Assembly: GCF_009914755.1 (NCBI RefSeq)
Contig: NC_060925.1
DNA length: 64,000 bases
Source of the DNA: the human T2T-CHM13v2.0 reference genome, Homo sapiens
Strand: one strand, 5' to 3'
Numbering within the stretch: the first letter of the stretch is position 1; each line of letters opens with the position of its first letter. The notes under the pieces were generated by a model, which was given only the letters and a program-made list of their open reading frames with translations, had not been told where the DNA came from and searched no databases. A program made the translations under genes and the position numbers. Below are positions 1-12,711 of the stretch, in pieces.

Positions 1-985
1 ATACATACTTTAAAATAACTTTTATGAGTATTAAAAATAGAGAAAAATAAGATTAAAAAGAATTAAAAGATACAGAATTTCAACAAAAAATTGAACCTAT
101 AATAAAATTAAATGGACATCCTCAAACTTCAAAATTACTATGTCCAAAAAGGGAGAACCCACTTTGATGGATAATATTATACGGAATTTCTAGAATTTGT
201 ATATACTATGCCTAGCATTCAGTCAAAACTTATTAGGCATACCAAGAGAAAAATAGATAATAGAAACAGATTCATATGGTTAAAATATTACAAATAGTAG
301 ATAGATACTTTAAAATAACTTCTATAAATATTAAAATAGAGGAAAAATAAAATAAAAAAGAATTAAAAGATAGAATTTCAACAAAAAGTGGAATCCATAA
401 AAAAATTAAGTGGGCATTCTCAAACTCCAAAATTACTATGTCCAAAATAACGATCTCATTATGTGAGATTAACAGCAGACTGGAAACAGCAGAAATCATG
501 TTAGTAAATTTAAGGCAGTTTAATGGAAATATGTATTCTGGGGTAGAAAAACAAAAATGAAAAGAATAAAAAAAACAGATGAGATCACAAGATACATGTG
601 GGACACGGTCAACTATACAAGTATTTGAAGATCCTAGCATATATGTTACTGGAGTCCCAGCAGGACAGGAAATAAAAAAAGTGGCAAATGTAATGTTTAA
701 AATAATAACAAAAAATTATATCCAATTGAAAGATGATATCAACCAATAGACTCAAGAAGCTCAGTGAATCTAAAGCGAATCACAGTTGAAATTGCTGACA
801 AAGACAAAGACAAGAATCTTAAAACTAACCAAAGGGAGAAAAAAATACTTTCAAAGCAGCTACAGTATTCATCAACGCTAAAGATAAAAGGCATATGACA
901 ATAAAATGACAACTTCAAAATGATGAAACTATAGCATTCAGGTTAAACTATAATTCTAAATGCCCCAAAAAAGACGCATAAAGTT

Positions 986-1222
986 TAGCCAGGTGTAGTG
1001 GCTCACACCTGTAATCCCAACACTTTGGGATTATACTAAAAGTCGGGCATGGTGGCGCATGCCTGTAATCCCAGCTACAGCTACTTGGGAGGCTGAGGCA
1101 CAAGAATCACTTGAACCCTGGGAGGTGGAGGTTGCAGTGAGCCATGATCATACCACTGCATTCCAGCCTGGGTGACAGACCAGACCTGTTTCAAAAAACA
1201 AAAAACAAACAAAGAACAAAAA
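986..1222 (+). mobile_element. Alu (AluS/J-like) with most of the left monomer deleted
   Basis: Alu start gccaggtgtagtggctcacacctgtaatcccaacactttggga joins almost directly to the right monomer; A-rich tail. Confidence 0.85.
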
Positions 1223-1920
1223 ACATACTCAGAAAGTTTGAAAGTAAAATGATTAAAAAAAAATTGCCAAGCAAACTCTAATCATGAGAAGGTTCATGTA
1301 GAAGTACTGCTATAAGGCAAAGCAAAATTTAAGTTAGGTCATACCACTACAAATTTCCAGAACTTTAAAAATTTATTAAACAGTCATTTTGCCAGTTATC
1401 TTACTGGCGAAACAATTAAAATCTATATCACCCAGTAACATAGTTAAATAGATAAAACAGCACCTGACAATTAAAAACAGAAACAGATAAGGCCATAATC
1501 AGAATGGGAGAATTTAACATATAATTGCTGACAGGATAAAATGGTGAAATCAGTGACTTTTTGAAAATTTGAAAAACACAATTTATAAACTGACCTAATT
1601 GATATATTTAGAAACTGAATCCCACAATGACAAAAGTCATATTATTCTCAAATCCTTGTGTAGCTTTTACCAAAATTGATCGTACTTTGAATTATTAAGG
1701 GCATCTCAAGAGTTCAGAGTATATTTTCTGACCTTAGTGAAATGAGTTAAAAATCAATAATGAAGTTCTCAACTTCTTGGAAATTAAGGGTTGCACTTCT
1801 AAATAACCCATGGGTCAAAGGAATAGAACAATGGAGATTAGAAAATAGTTTGAACCTAACTGTACTGAAGACATTATCAAACTTAGGCACAAAGATAAAA
1901 CATTTTCAAAAATGAAATGA

Positions 1921-2026
1921 TGCTCAAGTGATGTGTGCACAAAAATATCAGAAATCACCACTAAAGATCTTATTCATGTAACCAAACACCACCTGTTCCC
2001 GAAAAAACTATTGAAATAAAAAATAA
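1921..2026 (+). mobile_element. L1PB-like extreme 3' end fragment
   Basis: gtgcacaaaaatatcagaaatcaccactaaagatcttattcatgtaaccaaacaccacctgttccc matches the L1PB 3' terminus; outer TSD aatgaaatga at 1911-1920 and 2661-2670. Confidence 0.75.
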
Positions 2027-2660
2027 CTGTTGATGGGACTGTAAACTAGTTCAACCATTGTGGAAGTCAGTGTGGTGATTCCTCAGGGATCTAGAACTAG
2101 AAATACCATTTGACCCAGCCATCCCATTACTGGGTATATACCCAAAGGATTATAAATCATGCTGCTATAAAGACACATGCACACATATATTTATTGTGGC
2201 ACTATTCACAGTAGCAAAGACTTGGAACCAACCCAAATGTCCATCAATGACAGACTGGATTAAGAAAATGTGGCACATATACACCATGGAATACTATGCA
2301 GCCATAAAAAATGATGAGTTCACGTCCTTTGTAGGGACATGGATGAAGCTGGAAACCATCATTCTCAGCAAACTATCGCAAGGACAAAAAAAACAAACAC
2401 TGCATGTTCTCACTCATAGGTGAGAATTGAACAATGAGAACACATGGACATAGGAAGGGGAACATCACACACTGGGGCCTGTTGTAGTGTGTGGGGAGGG
2501 GGAGGGATAGCATTAGGAGATATACCTAATGTTAAATGACGAGTTAATGGATGCAGCACACCAACATGGCACATGTATACATATGTAACAAACCTGCATG
2601 TTGTGCACATGTACCCCAAAACTTAAAGTATAATTTAAAAAAATAAAAAATAAAAAAAAG
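2027..2660 (+). mobile_element. 5'-truncated L1PA (about PA4-PA5) 3' end
   Basis: ORF2 C-terminus (TWNQPKCPSMTDWIKKMWHIYTMEYYAAIK), canonical L1PA 3'UTR and A tail. Confidence 0.92.
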
Positions 2661-3371
2661 AATGAAATGAACATATTATTAAAAAGTTAAAACCAATTAT
2701 TTCAATTTTTATCTCCAGAAGTTAGAAAAAGCATGGTACATAAAGTGCAAAGGCAGTACAATAAAAGAATAATAAGGCATAAAAAGGAATATCTAATAGA
2801 GAATATCTCCAAGCCCAAATTATATCCCTTCAAACAATTAATAAATTTATGAATTCCTGCAGGACTAATTTTTAAAAATTAGCAAATTTAAAAATTAGAA
2901 ATAAAAGGAAAATATATGAATCTAAAACACATCATAGTAAAATTGCTGACAAAGACAATACAGTGTCTACAATTGTTCAAGTGATAATTAAGAGGTAAAA
3001 TAACTTTACATCAGTAAATTTTACAATTGAAATACATTTCAAAATTGTTTACAATTCAAAGTTTTCCAAAACCAATACAAGAAATAAGAAATATGATTAG
3101 TGTCTGATATATTAAAGAAATGGAAAGTCTTATTAAAAACTTTCACACAAAAAGTTCCAGTAAATATTTAAGGAAGAAATAATATCAATCTTACAGAAAC
3201 TCTTTCTTAAAATATAAAATACAAGAGAAAATTTCTAACTCACTATAAAATCCAACATATACAGAAAGCATAATAATGAACAAGAGGACTTTATTTCAGT
3301 AATGCAGGGGTGGCTTTCCATTAAAAGACAGTCAATTCAGAACAATAGTAAATGAAGAGTGCCTTCGAAGA

Positions 3372-3672
3372 CTGGGCATGGTTGCTCACATTTGTAATCT
3401 CAATGTGAGATTGGGAGGCCAATGGGGGAGGATTGCTTGAGCCCAGGAGTTTGAGACGAGCCTGGGCAACACAGTGAGACCCTATCTTTACAAAAAATTA
3501 AACAATTAGCTAGGCACAATGGCATGGGCGTGTAGTCCTAGCTACATGGTAGGTTGAAGTGGGAGGATCACTTCAGCCTGGAAGGCGGAGGATGCAGTGA
3601 GCTATGATCACCTCTGTGCACTCCAGTGTGGTTGACAGAGTGAGACCCTATCTCAAAAAATAAAATAAAAAA
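3372..3672 (+). mobile_element. AluJ-like
   Basis: Dimeric Alu with ggaggattgcttgagcccaggagtttgag (J diagnostic) and A tail. Confidence 0.9.
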
Positions 3673-3926
3673 AGGTGATTTCAGAAGATCTATAAATTTG
3701 AAGATATTTATTCACATTATAGAAAATGTACAAAACTTACTCTCAAGTTAGTCATAGTTATTATTTAAGCAGATATGTTATCATCAATATGATGATAAGG
3801 GCCGTAAGGAAGTGACACCAACAAAGAGCTATAGCGCCCATTTTTTTTTTCTGGAAGAAATTAGAGAAGACTTTATCAGAGGACAGCATTTAAGTCATGA
3901 TTTCCTTTCTTTATTCAGCCAATAAT

Positions 3927-3990
3927 TTTTTTTTTGTTACTGCTCCTTGTGTAGCAGGGCTACCCCATAGGCAGTGTGCCCAGAGTAGCC
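3927..3990 (-). mobile_element. 64-bp polyadenylated retrocopy of a small hairpin RNA (possibly LTR-derived)
   Basis: Perfect 16-bp TSD ttattcagccaataat (3911-3926, 3991-4006) and a poly(A) on the minus strand. Confidence 0.8.
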
Positions 3991-4185
3991 TTATTCAGCC
4001 AATAATCGTTCACTGATCACTTTATGTGATTCAAGCATTGATTAGGCAATGGAGAAGCAGAGATGAAAAAAAACAGATTTAATATAATTCTCTGTAGCTA
4101 TTATTATCACACATTTAATATTCACCTTTATTCACAGAATATAAGCTTTTTCAGAACAGAAATTCTTTCTAATCTGTTCACTGAC

Positions 4186-4609
4186 TGATATGGTTTGGAT
4201 GTCCTCTCCAAAACTCTTGTTGAAACTTAACCCCCAATGTGGCAATATTGAGAGGTAGGGTCCTTAAGAGGGCTCTGCTCTTATGAATGGATTAATTTTT
4301 TCACATATTCATAAATTAATAGGTTAGTAAATCAATGGGTTATCATGCAAGGGCAACCAGTAGCTTTATAAGAGGAGGAAGAGAGACCTAAGCTAGAATC
4401 TTAGCTTACTCAATACCATCACCCTGTCCCAGGCCCTGCTATGACTCAGGCCTCTGAAGAGAGTCCTTACCAGCAAGGAGGCTCTCAGCAGATCACTCCT
4501 TGACCTTGGACTTCTCAGCCTCCATAAGTGTAAGAAATAAGTTCATTTTCTTTATAAATTACCCAGTTTCAGGTATTCTGTTATAAGCAACAGAATATGG
4601 ACTAACACA
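4186..4609 (+). mobile_element. MaLR solo LTR (MSTC-like) within an L2 3' relic
   Basis: TGATATGGTTTGG...GGACTAACACA termini; TSD ctgac/gtgac; internal MST motifs. Confidence 0.85.
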
Positions 4610-4899
4610 GTGACACATCTCCAGGACCCACTTTAATATCTAGCTCATTAAAGAAACACATAATAATGTTGTACCACCTAAAACAGGTGTTTGCCCAAAG
4701 TATGGTGGGCCACATCACTGGGGATTTGGGGAAATAATATATGACATATTTTATATATGATATAGTGACAAAAATTCCAAGGTAGAAGATTTAACCCTGG
4801 TATAGAGAGGGTGAGAAAAAGAGAAAACAGCAGGAAAATTTATTCCAGGCAGAAGGAGCTTAGAAACCAAAATGAGGGGATGAGAAACATCTCCTCTAT

Positions 4900-6050
4900 T
4901 GGCTTATTAACTGTATTTGTTTTATGTTTTATGGTTGCTAGACTTACAATATATAACCTTAACTTATGACAATCTACTTGTAAAACATATTATAGAATTA
5001 TGTATCATTAAAGAATCTTGTAGACTGTATTTCCATTTCCTTTTTGTCCTTTGTACTATTATTATAATACATTTTACATCTGTACAAGTAATAAAGCAGT
5101 CAACATATTGCTATTAATTTTGCTTTAGTCTAGTATTATTTAACAATATTAAAAATCAAGAATTATTTCTATCTATATTTACCATTTTTTAAACTTTGCA
5201 TTCAGCCTGAAAAATGTTTTTTAGCTTTTTATGTAGTGTTGGTCTGCTGGCTCAAAATTCTCTCAGGTTTTGTTATTTAACAATGTGAATATTTTATTTT
5301 TATTTTTCTCAAATGCTTTGCTGGATATAGCATCTAGCTTGAAAATTTTTTAATTTTTATTCAGTACTTTAAAATGCTACATTGTCTTTTGAACTGTATT
5401 CTGATGAGAAATAGATGTTATTTCGTGGTAGTTTCCCCCATCATATCTCTTTTCTTTTTATATGTCACCTCCAATTATACATATATTAGACTTCTTGATA
5501 TTACCACAAGGAAACTGAAGAACCGTTTTGTTCCTTTTGACCTACTTTTTTCTGTGCTTCATTCCAGGTAATTCTATTTCCCTGTCTTCAAATTCACTAA
5601 TCCTTTCTCATCTTTCTCTAATTTTTCCATAAGCCCACCTAGTGATTATTTCATTTTAAGGTTTTTTTTTTCCTTTGGCACTTGAAGTTCAGTATCTTAA
5701 ATCTCCATGACTCTTTTAATTATGTTTATGCTTTCCCTTAAGTGCTTGAATGTTTTAACATAGTTCTTTTAAAGTTCTTGGATGCTTATTCCATCTTCCT
5801 TGACATTTTTTAGTCGGTTTGTATTGACTGATTTTTCTTGTACTTATGGATTACATGTTCCTGCTTCCTCACATGGCTTGTAGTTTGTATCAGCTGTTGG
5901 ACGTTTTACTGTTATGTTGTTGAGTATCTGAAATTTACAACCTTCCTATTGAGAATGACAAATTTTGTTCAGAGTATTAATTGATTTATTTGTAAATCAG
6001 CTTATGCCTTTTGAGGAAAGTTCAAAGACTGTAAAGTTTTAACTATTAGT
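4900..6050 (-). mobile_element. Old L1M fragment (ORF1 region), antisense
   Basis: T-rich reverse L1 motifs (ggtctgctggctcaaaattctctcagg, tcttcaaattcactaatcctttc, gtattgactgatttttc). Confidence 0.65.
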
Positions 6051-7776
6051 TATTTTATCTAGATAATTATTTTTTATCTTATCTAAACAGTGACTGTCAA
6101 ACCCCAAGATGTAACATAATCTCAGTAGAATGCATGTAAATACAGTATTTTCAGGAAAATAATTAACTTCAGATTCCAGATCTTCCTGGTACTGATGCCT
6201 GACAATGATGTATCTGTCTGATTGGGTTTGATCTTTCATGGTTCCTTCCTACCTCTCTGTATCTTTGGGTGTCTGCCTTTATTTTCTCTTTGATATTTTA
6301 GCATTTCTAGCTTTTGATGGTCTTCAAAATATTCTATTATTTTTACCTGTATAATCTCTATACATTCTAGATTTTGGATTTCTCATTGGCTTCATGATCT
6401 AATATCTTTTCTGACTGTAAACTTCCAGGGTTCTGGCAAGAACATAATGACAGATGACTACTGAGTCTTTCACTTATCCTCCTGAGAACTAGGGAGAGCA
6501 ATGAAAACACTACTCTTTCTACCAATTTCCTTTTCCTAATAGCATTAATACTTTTGGAAAATAAGAAATATATTTCACATATATATCCACTTAAACAATT
6601 TGGGCTCCTTGAAGTAATGACTGATTCTAAGACATGAGCAAAAACTGAAAAAAGAGAACAAAACAAAGAATATCATGTCCCAAGAAGAAGAAACTTTTCA
6701 AGGACTAATGTGATCATGTCAGAAGAGCCTAGGAGCCCATATAACTAGAATCTCGCTGGCCAAATTTGGAGCAATAAGAGAAATGTAAATAATTATTGTA
6801 AATGAATGACAATTTTGAATTAATAAAAAATAAGTTTGTCTGTGAGACCACTTAGAGAATAAAAAGTCCTTTCCTCTCCCCAAAAAGTAGAGAGAAAGCA
6901 AAATACAAAATGGTACAACTAATGCTGTTACAATATTCATAGGTATTGAAATGTTACTAATGCTTTTATTTTATTTTCATAAAAATTTATATTATTAGCA
7001 ATTCGAAGCTATAATTATTTTAAATTGTATTATCTAATATCTTTGGGGCATAAAGTGAACTCTTTATTATCACCTTTGGTGTGTTTGAAGGTGTGTTTGA
7101 ACTGAACATGTTATAACAAAAAATTAACACTCAAAGAAAAAAAAATAGCCAACCAGTTTATTGGGGGTAAACTTGCATTCCCTGACAAATAATGTATGTA
7201 ATCTATTGCCAAAGGATAATAAATCTGCATATAAAACCACTATGATGTTTACTGTACTATATGAAATGTGTTAACATTTTAAAACAGTTATCAGACATAG
7301 TAGTAAATGTGTGCTGATATTGCATCAGAAATAATTTTAATCAAGCAGATAGTTTATTCTTTGGTTTGCTTTTTAAGTTAGCATTTATTTTTATAACTGA
7401 TAAACCCTAGTTGCAAGCAGTATTTATAAGACCCAACAGCTGGCATTATGAGTATTGGTTTATGGAAGCTAAATCTTTTTTAAAAAATCAGTTAGTTTGT
7501 TAAATTATAGTTATCAAAAATGACATGATTAGATAACCTTCTCATATTTTGTAACTATTTCTGAAGTTTTGTTCCCAAATAAACAAACTGTATTTAATGA
7601 CTGTATCAGCTTAATTTCTAGAAGCACCTTGCGCATTCTTGAAAGGAACAAATGGATCAAATCAAAGTTTGTGTCAAACCAAAGTTCCAGAGTAATAAAA
7701 AATCCTTACACCTCTCATTTTAAAATTTTTGTTATATTTTCTTAGTTTTTAAGAAATTGTGGATTTACTCTTTTAC

Positions 7777-7866
7777 TTTTTCAATCAAGCTTCTCGTTAT
7801 GGAACAAGTTAAAGACAGAAAACAATGGCTGCTCTGCAATCTCAGTGGTTACATTTGAAAGTCTGT
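7777..7866 (-). pseudogene. Candidate decayed exon of the minus-strand pseudogene (RLSNVTTEIAEQPLFSVFNLFHNEKLD*)
   Basis: Strong acceptor tattttttcttctttgtag; 27 open codons; 3' boundary uncertain. Confidence 0.25.
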
Positions 7867-10029
7867 CTACAAAGAAGAAAAAATATTTCACTTCTTCAAT
7901 TCTTCAGATATGTTGTAAAGCTAGAATTTTTGAAAGCACCATAGACAACAAACCATTTCCAAAATACACTTTTATTCATTGGAGGACTATTTTAAATTTT
8001 TCATTGTACTTTTTATATTTCCAAATTCTAGAATGCATCATGTATTTGCATTTCTCAAATTAAACAAATAACATTAAATCATCTTAAAGTGTCTTTGCCA
8101 TTATTACATTGAGAACTACTGCTTCTATTTGATAAAAATTGAAAGAATATCACAGAACTACCAATTTCCTATTGTAATCTAATTTAATTTGAAGCATACA
8201 ATCAAACATAATGATGTTATAATATCAAATTTCAATTAAATTATGTTTGTGTTCATTATATAAGCCAACACAATTTTATTGTAAAGAAGGGTATTGTAGT
8301 GAATTTAATAAAGCTAAAAACATTGTCTCCAAGAAGCCACAGCTACAGTGAAGGTATTACAATATACATTTGTCAACACATATACATTTGATAAATAAAA
8401 ATGTTTTAGCAGCTCAGAGGTAATAAAACCTGTGTTTTTTATATGAATGGGGCCTTGCAGGGTGAGAACAACTAAACAGATAGAAAGACTGAGGGTGGAT
8501 AATCCATGGTGGTTGTATAGGTAACAAAAAAATAGAACATTACAAAACAAAACCAGATATTTTAAAGGCATTTTGAAATTAAAAAAAAAAAAAAACCTAG
8601 TTTGTCACAAAAAGTCATACCGGTAATATGTTTAAGGATAAGTTTGTGAAAAGAGTGGAATATTAGGTCTGAAAACAGGAGGAGATAAAAGTATTGAAAA
8701 TCACAAATGGCACACTGAGAAATCTGGAACTTATCCTACAGGTAACCAGAAGCCATTGCACATTTCAGAACAGGTAGAAAAGCACTGTTTGAGAGAATGG
8801 AGACAATGGACGAAGTGTCAGTGCCAAAATGGTAGTAATATTTGAGGTATGAATTGGAAGCTCTGGACTAGGTTAATAACACCAAAAAAAAAGGACAGTA
8901 AAAGACAGGTAGAAGAGAACATATGGATGAGATATCTACTGGTTTTGGGGAAGGATAGATGAGGAAAGAGAAATTAAAATGGCTTTACGTTTTAGCAGGG
9001 GTTACTAGGAGACTAGAAATGTAGATGCTTGCCCCACATAGAATCTAAAATCATATAAAGCCACAGTCTTTCATATGCACATAATTCTTCTGTATGTATA
9101 AAGTGTAGACACAAACTTGTGTAAAGGAATTATTTCTATTTCTACCAGAATTGACAACTGAGTGGGTTTTTGGACACATCATGGTGCATCACATATATAA
9201 ACATTTAAAAAGTCTTTGAGTTAAGTGATCCCCCCTCAACCTCCTGTCAAATAAATTATCCCATTAGTATAATACTTCGTTCTGGGATCCAAGAATCTCA
9301 AGACAAAAATAACTAATATGTTTTCCTTTTGCTTTGTTACTTTTGAAAATAAGTTAAAAATTAGTTTTCTTTATCCAATTCAGTTTACACTTCCCCAGTA
9401 CTTAATGTCACTGAGCAACAATAAGAATGTTTTTCTTCAATATCTCCCTCTACAATTAAAGTAGCATTATGAAATTTTTATCAATATTTAAGCAGACGAT
9501 GGGGTTGTAGTTACTGTGAATATTTCTCTAAATACCTCGCTTCTCTGTCAAAGAAATGTCTATGACAATTACTTGCATCTTCTTCTATTTACACTGAAGC
9601 CAGGCGTCACAATGGCTTAAAACAATCAAAGCCTCATTTCACAGCGCTCATGTCTTTAATCCTCTTTGTACTTCTTACCTTACTCCTCTTTTCTCTCTTC
9701 TCTTTGCTCTCCACTTCCCTTGTCCTTTGCTACCACTTTTCTCTTTGATTCTCTCTGCCCCATCCTGGTGCTGCTTCTTTTTTTCTCCTTTATCATTCTC
9801 AATGACCATTGGCCGCTTGCTTTGAATCTCTGGAGCTACTCTTTTAAGATTCATAAGGTGAAAAAGTGAGCACCATATCTGACTATGGAAATAGATGTCG
9901 ATGTATCCTCTGCTATTTTGGAGAAGTATTTATATTCAAATATAATGGATATATAAAATGGACATACATGGATGTCTTTCTCTTTGCTCATCCTCCTTTC
10001 CTCCTGGATCTGCTCCACCCCTACCTACC

Positions 10030-10470
10030 CTGACCCTCTCACATGCTTGGCTTTAGGAAAGCAAAGAGTTTGTGTTCTGAAATCCTGTCCCTGGGCCATA
10101 GCTGTTTGGCCCATGTTTGGGCAACTGTCCCAAGCTATGTGAATAAAATTGTTTTTCTAATATTTTTACTTTAGGACCTAGAGAATTGAGCCATGCTCTC
10201 TTCAGTTGGTTAAAAGAGTCAAGATTTACATTTTGCAAATTCTTATTAACCATATTCCTTTGTCATGTGAAGAAAGCTGGTCTACAGAAAAGGAGAATAA
10301 AGACAGGAAGAAGAAAGCAGCAACACCGGAGGGAGTGCATTTGATGTGTTCCAGTCTTTGGTTGGTCATTATTTAGCCCCAACCTAGTCTTTGGGTTCAA
10401 TGAAACAGCCTAATATTTTTACAATGACTTTTTTGGGTTTCCGTTTTGTATAACCACAAGAGCAGGGGTT
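10030..10470 (+). mobile_element. Ancient LTR remnant (MLT1/LTR33-like)
   Basis: Diverged LTR-like 3' end (tttttgggtttccgttttgtataaccacaagag); low identity. Confidence 0.4.
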
Positions 10471-10814
10471 TCTATAAAAATCTTAGCAGTTTCTGAAGTA
10501 TGGCAGACCATTTTATATTTGTCCCCGTTTAATAATTCTCCCTGCTTACAATAACCACTTTTCAAGTAATTGTCTAATTATTTAAATATCAGCTGAAATT
10601 TATTCTTATGTAACCTAGTTGTAGAGGTTAGTCTATGTATTAGTAGTCTAACTCTTTACACTAGGACATCTATGAATGGTAAATATAAGATATCACTATA
10701 AACTAGATTATTAGAATATACAATACACTTCATTTAATAACCAAGTCTAAATAAATTGGTATATATTAAAGGATTACTGATAACAAACCTTAAGTAAATT
10801 TTAAAACAAATGAT

Positions 10815-11060
10815 TTTTAATACTTTTATAATATTTCCTATGTGCCAAGATTTTTTCTAACTGCTTTACATATAGTAGTCATTAAGTTTTTGAAATAACC
10901 CTGTGAGGATTTGCTGTAATTTTCTGCATTATGCATATAAAGAAACCGAAACATAGGGAGGCTAATTAACTTGCCCAAAGATAGAGAGCTTGTAAGTGGT
11001 AGAGTCAGGATCTGAACCAGTGTGTGGTCCTTCCAGAACTGTTTCTTATAACCAAGATGT
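10815..11060 (-). mobile_element. MIR SINE
   Basis: Reverse MIR core: agaaaccgaaacatagggaggctaattaacttgcccaaag...gtaagtggtagagtcaggatctgaacc. Confidence 0.8.
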
Positions 11061-11691
11061 TATGTTGCTACCATTAGAACAATTAGCTTCAAATACAAAA
11101 ACGTAAAGATCTATCACTCAGCAATATTTTGTAAATCAGAAAAAAGGGTAAGCACATGTGGAAAAATAAATGACCTGCCCTTTATGACTCAGATCGTTAG
11201 TGCTGGATCTAGGACAGACATGCATTCTGACTTCAGGTTGAACATGTTAGTCAATCATTTATTTAATAGATGGTACTATATTTATATCTGTCTTTTGTTC
11301 TCTATTAATAAGGGAGTGGTTTGATAGTGATTTGGTTTATTTGAAAGATATGGACATAAATAATCTGAGATAGGACACAATACAAAAATTTAAATTTATA
11401 TAAATACTGAAGAGTACATTCAGAATTTCAGCTGTGGAAATATAGATATTCCACTATTGAATCTTTACTCTTGACAGAGGTAAATTTTTATCTGATAAGA
11501 GAGGTTTCACAAGGAAGAAAAATAATTGAGTGTCTTAAAATTTTATTTACTTCATTTGGAAGATATTCTTAAGTGTCTATGACTGATTCATGAAAATTAT
11601 GCATATCTTTTTGTAAGTGTAATCTGGTGTAACAACAAAATCATTTGAAATTTGAAACTGACCAAGTCACCGGCATTTTAATATACTTAAC

Positions 11692-11956
11692 GAGTTAGGA
11701 TTTGATATTATCATCTTCCCATTGCATCATATGGAACTTGTTCTCCTATGGTATGAAAAAGTAATGAACAGAAGACTCAAAAGAGGAGAAAAGCAGTCTT
11801 TCTTCTCTCCTTTGGAAGAAAATTAGTTGGAATATAGATAGCAAAAGAAAATAAGGTCTAAGCCATCATCTTTGAATTCTGCAAGAGTTTGATGTAATTT
11901 AATGAGTCAAATCATTGGCAGTAAATAATTCAGAATATAATGAGTTAAAAAGTAGA
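11692..11956 (-). pseudogene. Candidate decayed exon (LLFNSLYSELFTAND/LIKLHQTLAEFKDDGLDL...), acceptor hit by an L1 insertion
   Basis: Removing the L1 and one TSD restores the acceptor cttctttttgtag; phase-2 start matches the previous exon; several stops and frameshifts. Confidence 0.3.
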
Positions 11957-11960
11957 CTAC

Positions 11961-12452
11961 CCAAAAGATTATAAATCAGGCTACTATAAAGACACACGCA
12001 CGCGGCACTATTCACAACAGCAAAGACTTGGAACCAACCCAAATGTCCATCAATAATAGAATGGATAAAGAAAATGTGGCACATATACACCATGGAATAC
12101 TATGCAGCCATAAAAATGGATGAATTCATGTCCTTTTCAGGGCCATGGATGAGGCTAGAAACCATCGTTCTTAGCAAAATATCAGAAGGACAGAAAATCA
12201 AACACTGCATGTTCTCACCCATAAGTGAGAGTTGAACAATGAGAACACATGGACACAGGGAGGGGAACATCACACACCGGGGCCTGTTGGGGGGTTTGGG
12301 GGGCTGGGGGAGGGATAGCATTAGGAGAAATACCTAATGTAAATGACGAGTTGATTGGTGCAGCCAACCTACATGGCACATGTATACCTATGTAACAAAC
12401 CTGCACATTGTGCATATGTACCCTAGAACTTAAAATATAATAATAATAATAA
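11961..12452 (+). mobile_element. 5'-truncated L1PA (about PA7-PA8)
   Basis: L1 ORF2 end plus 3'UTR; 15-bp TSD taaaaagtagactac at 11946-11960 and 12453-12467. Confidence 0.92.
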
Positions 12453-12711
12453 TAAAAAGTAGACTACAAAAAGAAGTCTGTATACATGTTAAATGTATAC
12501 AGTATACATGTATACAGACTGTATAATATATACAGTCTTTATATGTGTTAAATGTATACAGTCTGTATACATGAACATTTTATTTTAATATATCTCAAGA
12601 CTAACAACATTATATTGGTTGGTCCTTCAAAACTGTCACCTTTCAATTTTTCTTAGGACAAATTGATTCATTAAAACTGGAGTATCTAAAAGTATTCAAG
12701 TATGGACACTC

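Larger units (their letters stand above)
1..3360 (+). mobile_element. Old, highly diverged L1 (L1M-type) ORF1 to ORF2 remnant, interrupted by younger insertions
   Basis: A-rich decayed L1 motifs (gagattaacagcagactgg, ggagtcccag, caagaagctcagtgaatc, caaaattgatc, cttctaaataacccatgggtcaaag); no intact ORF. Confidence 0.7.
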
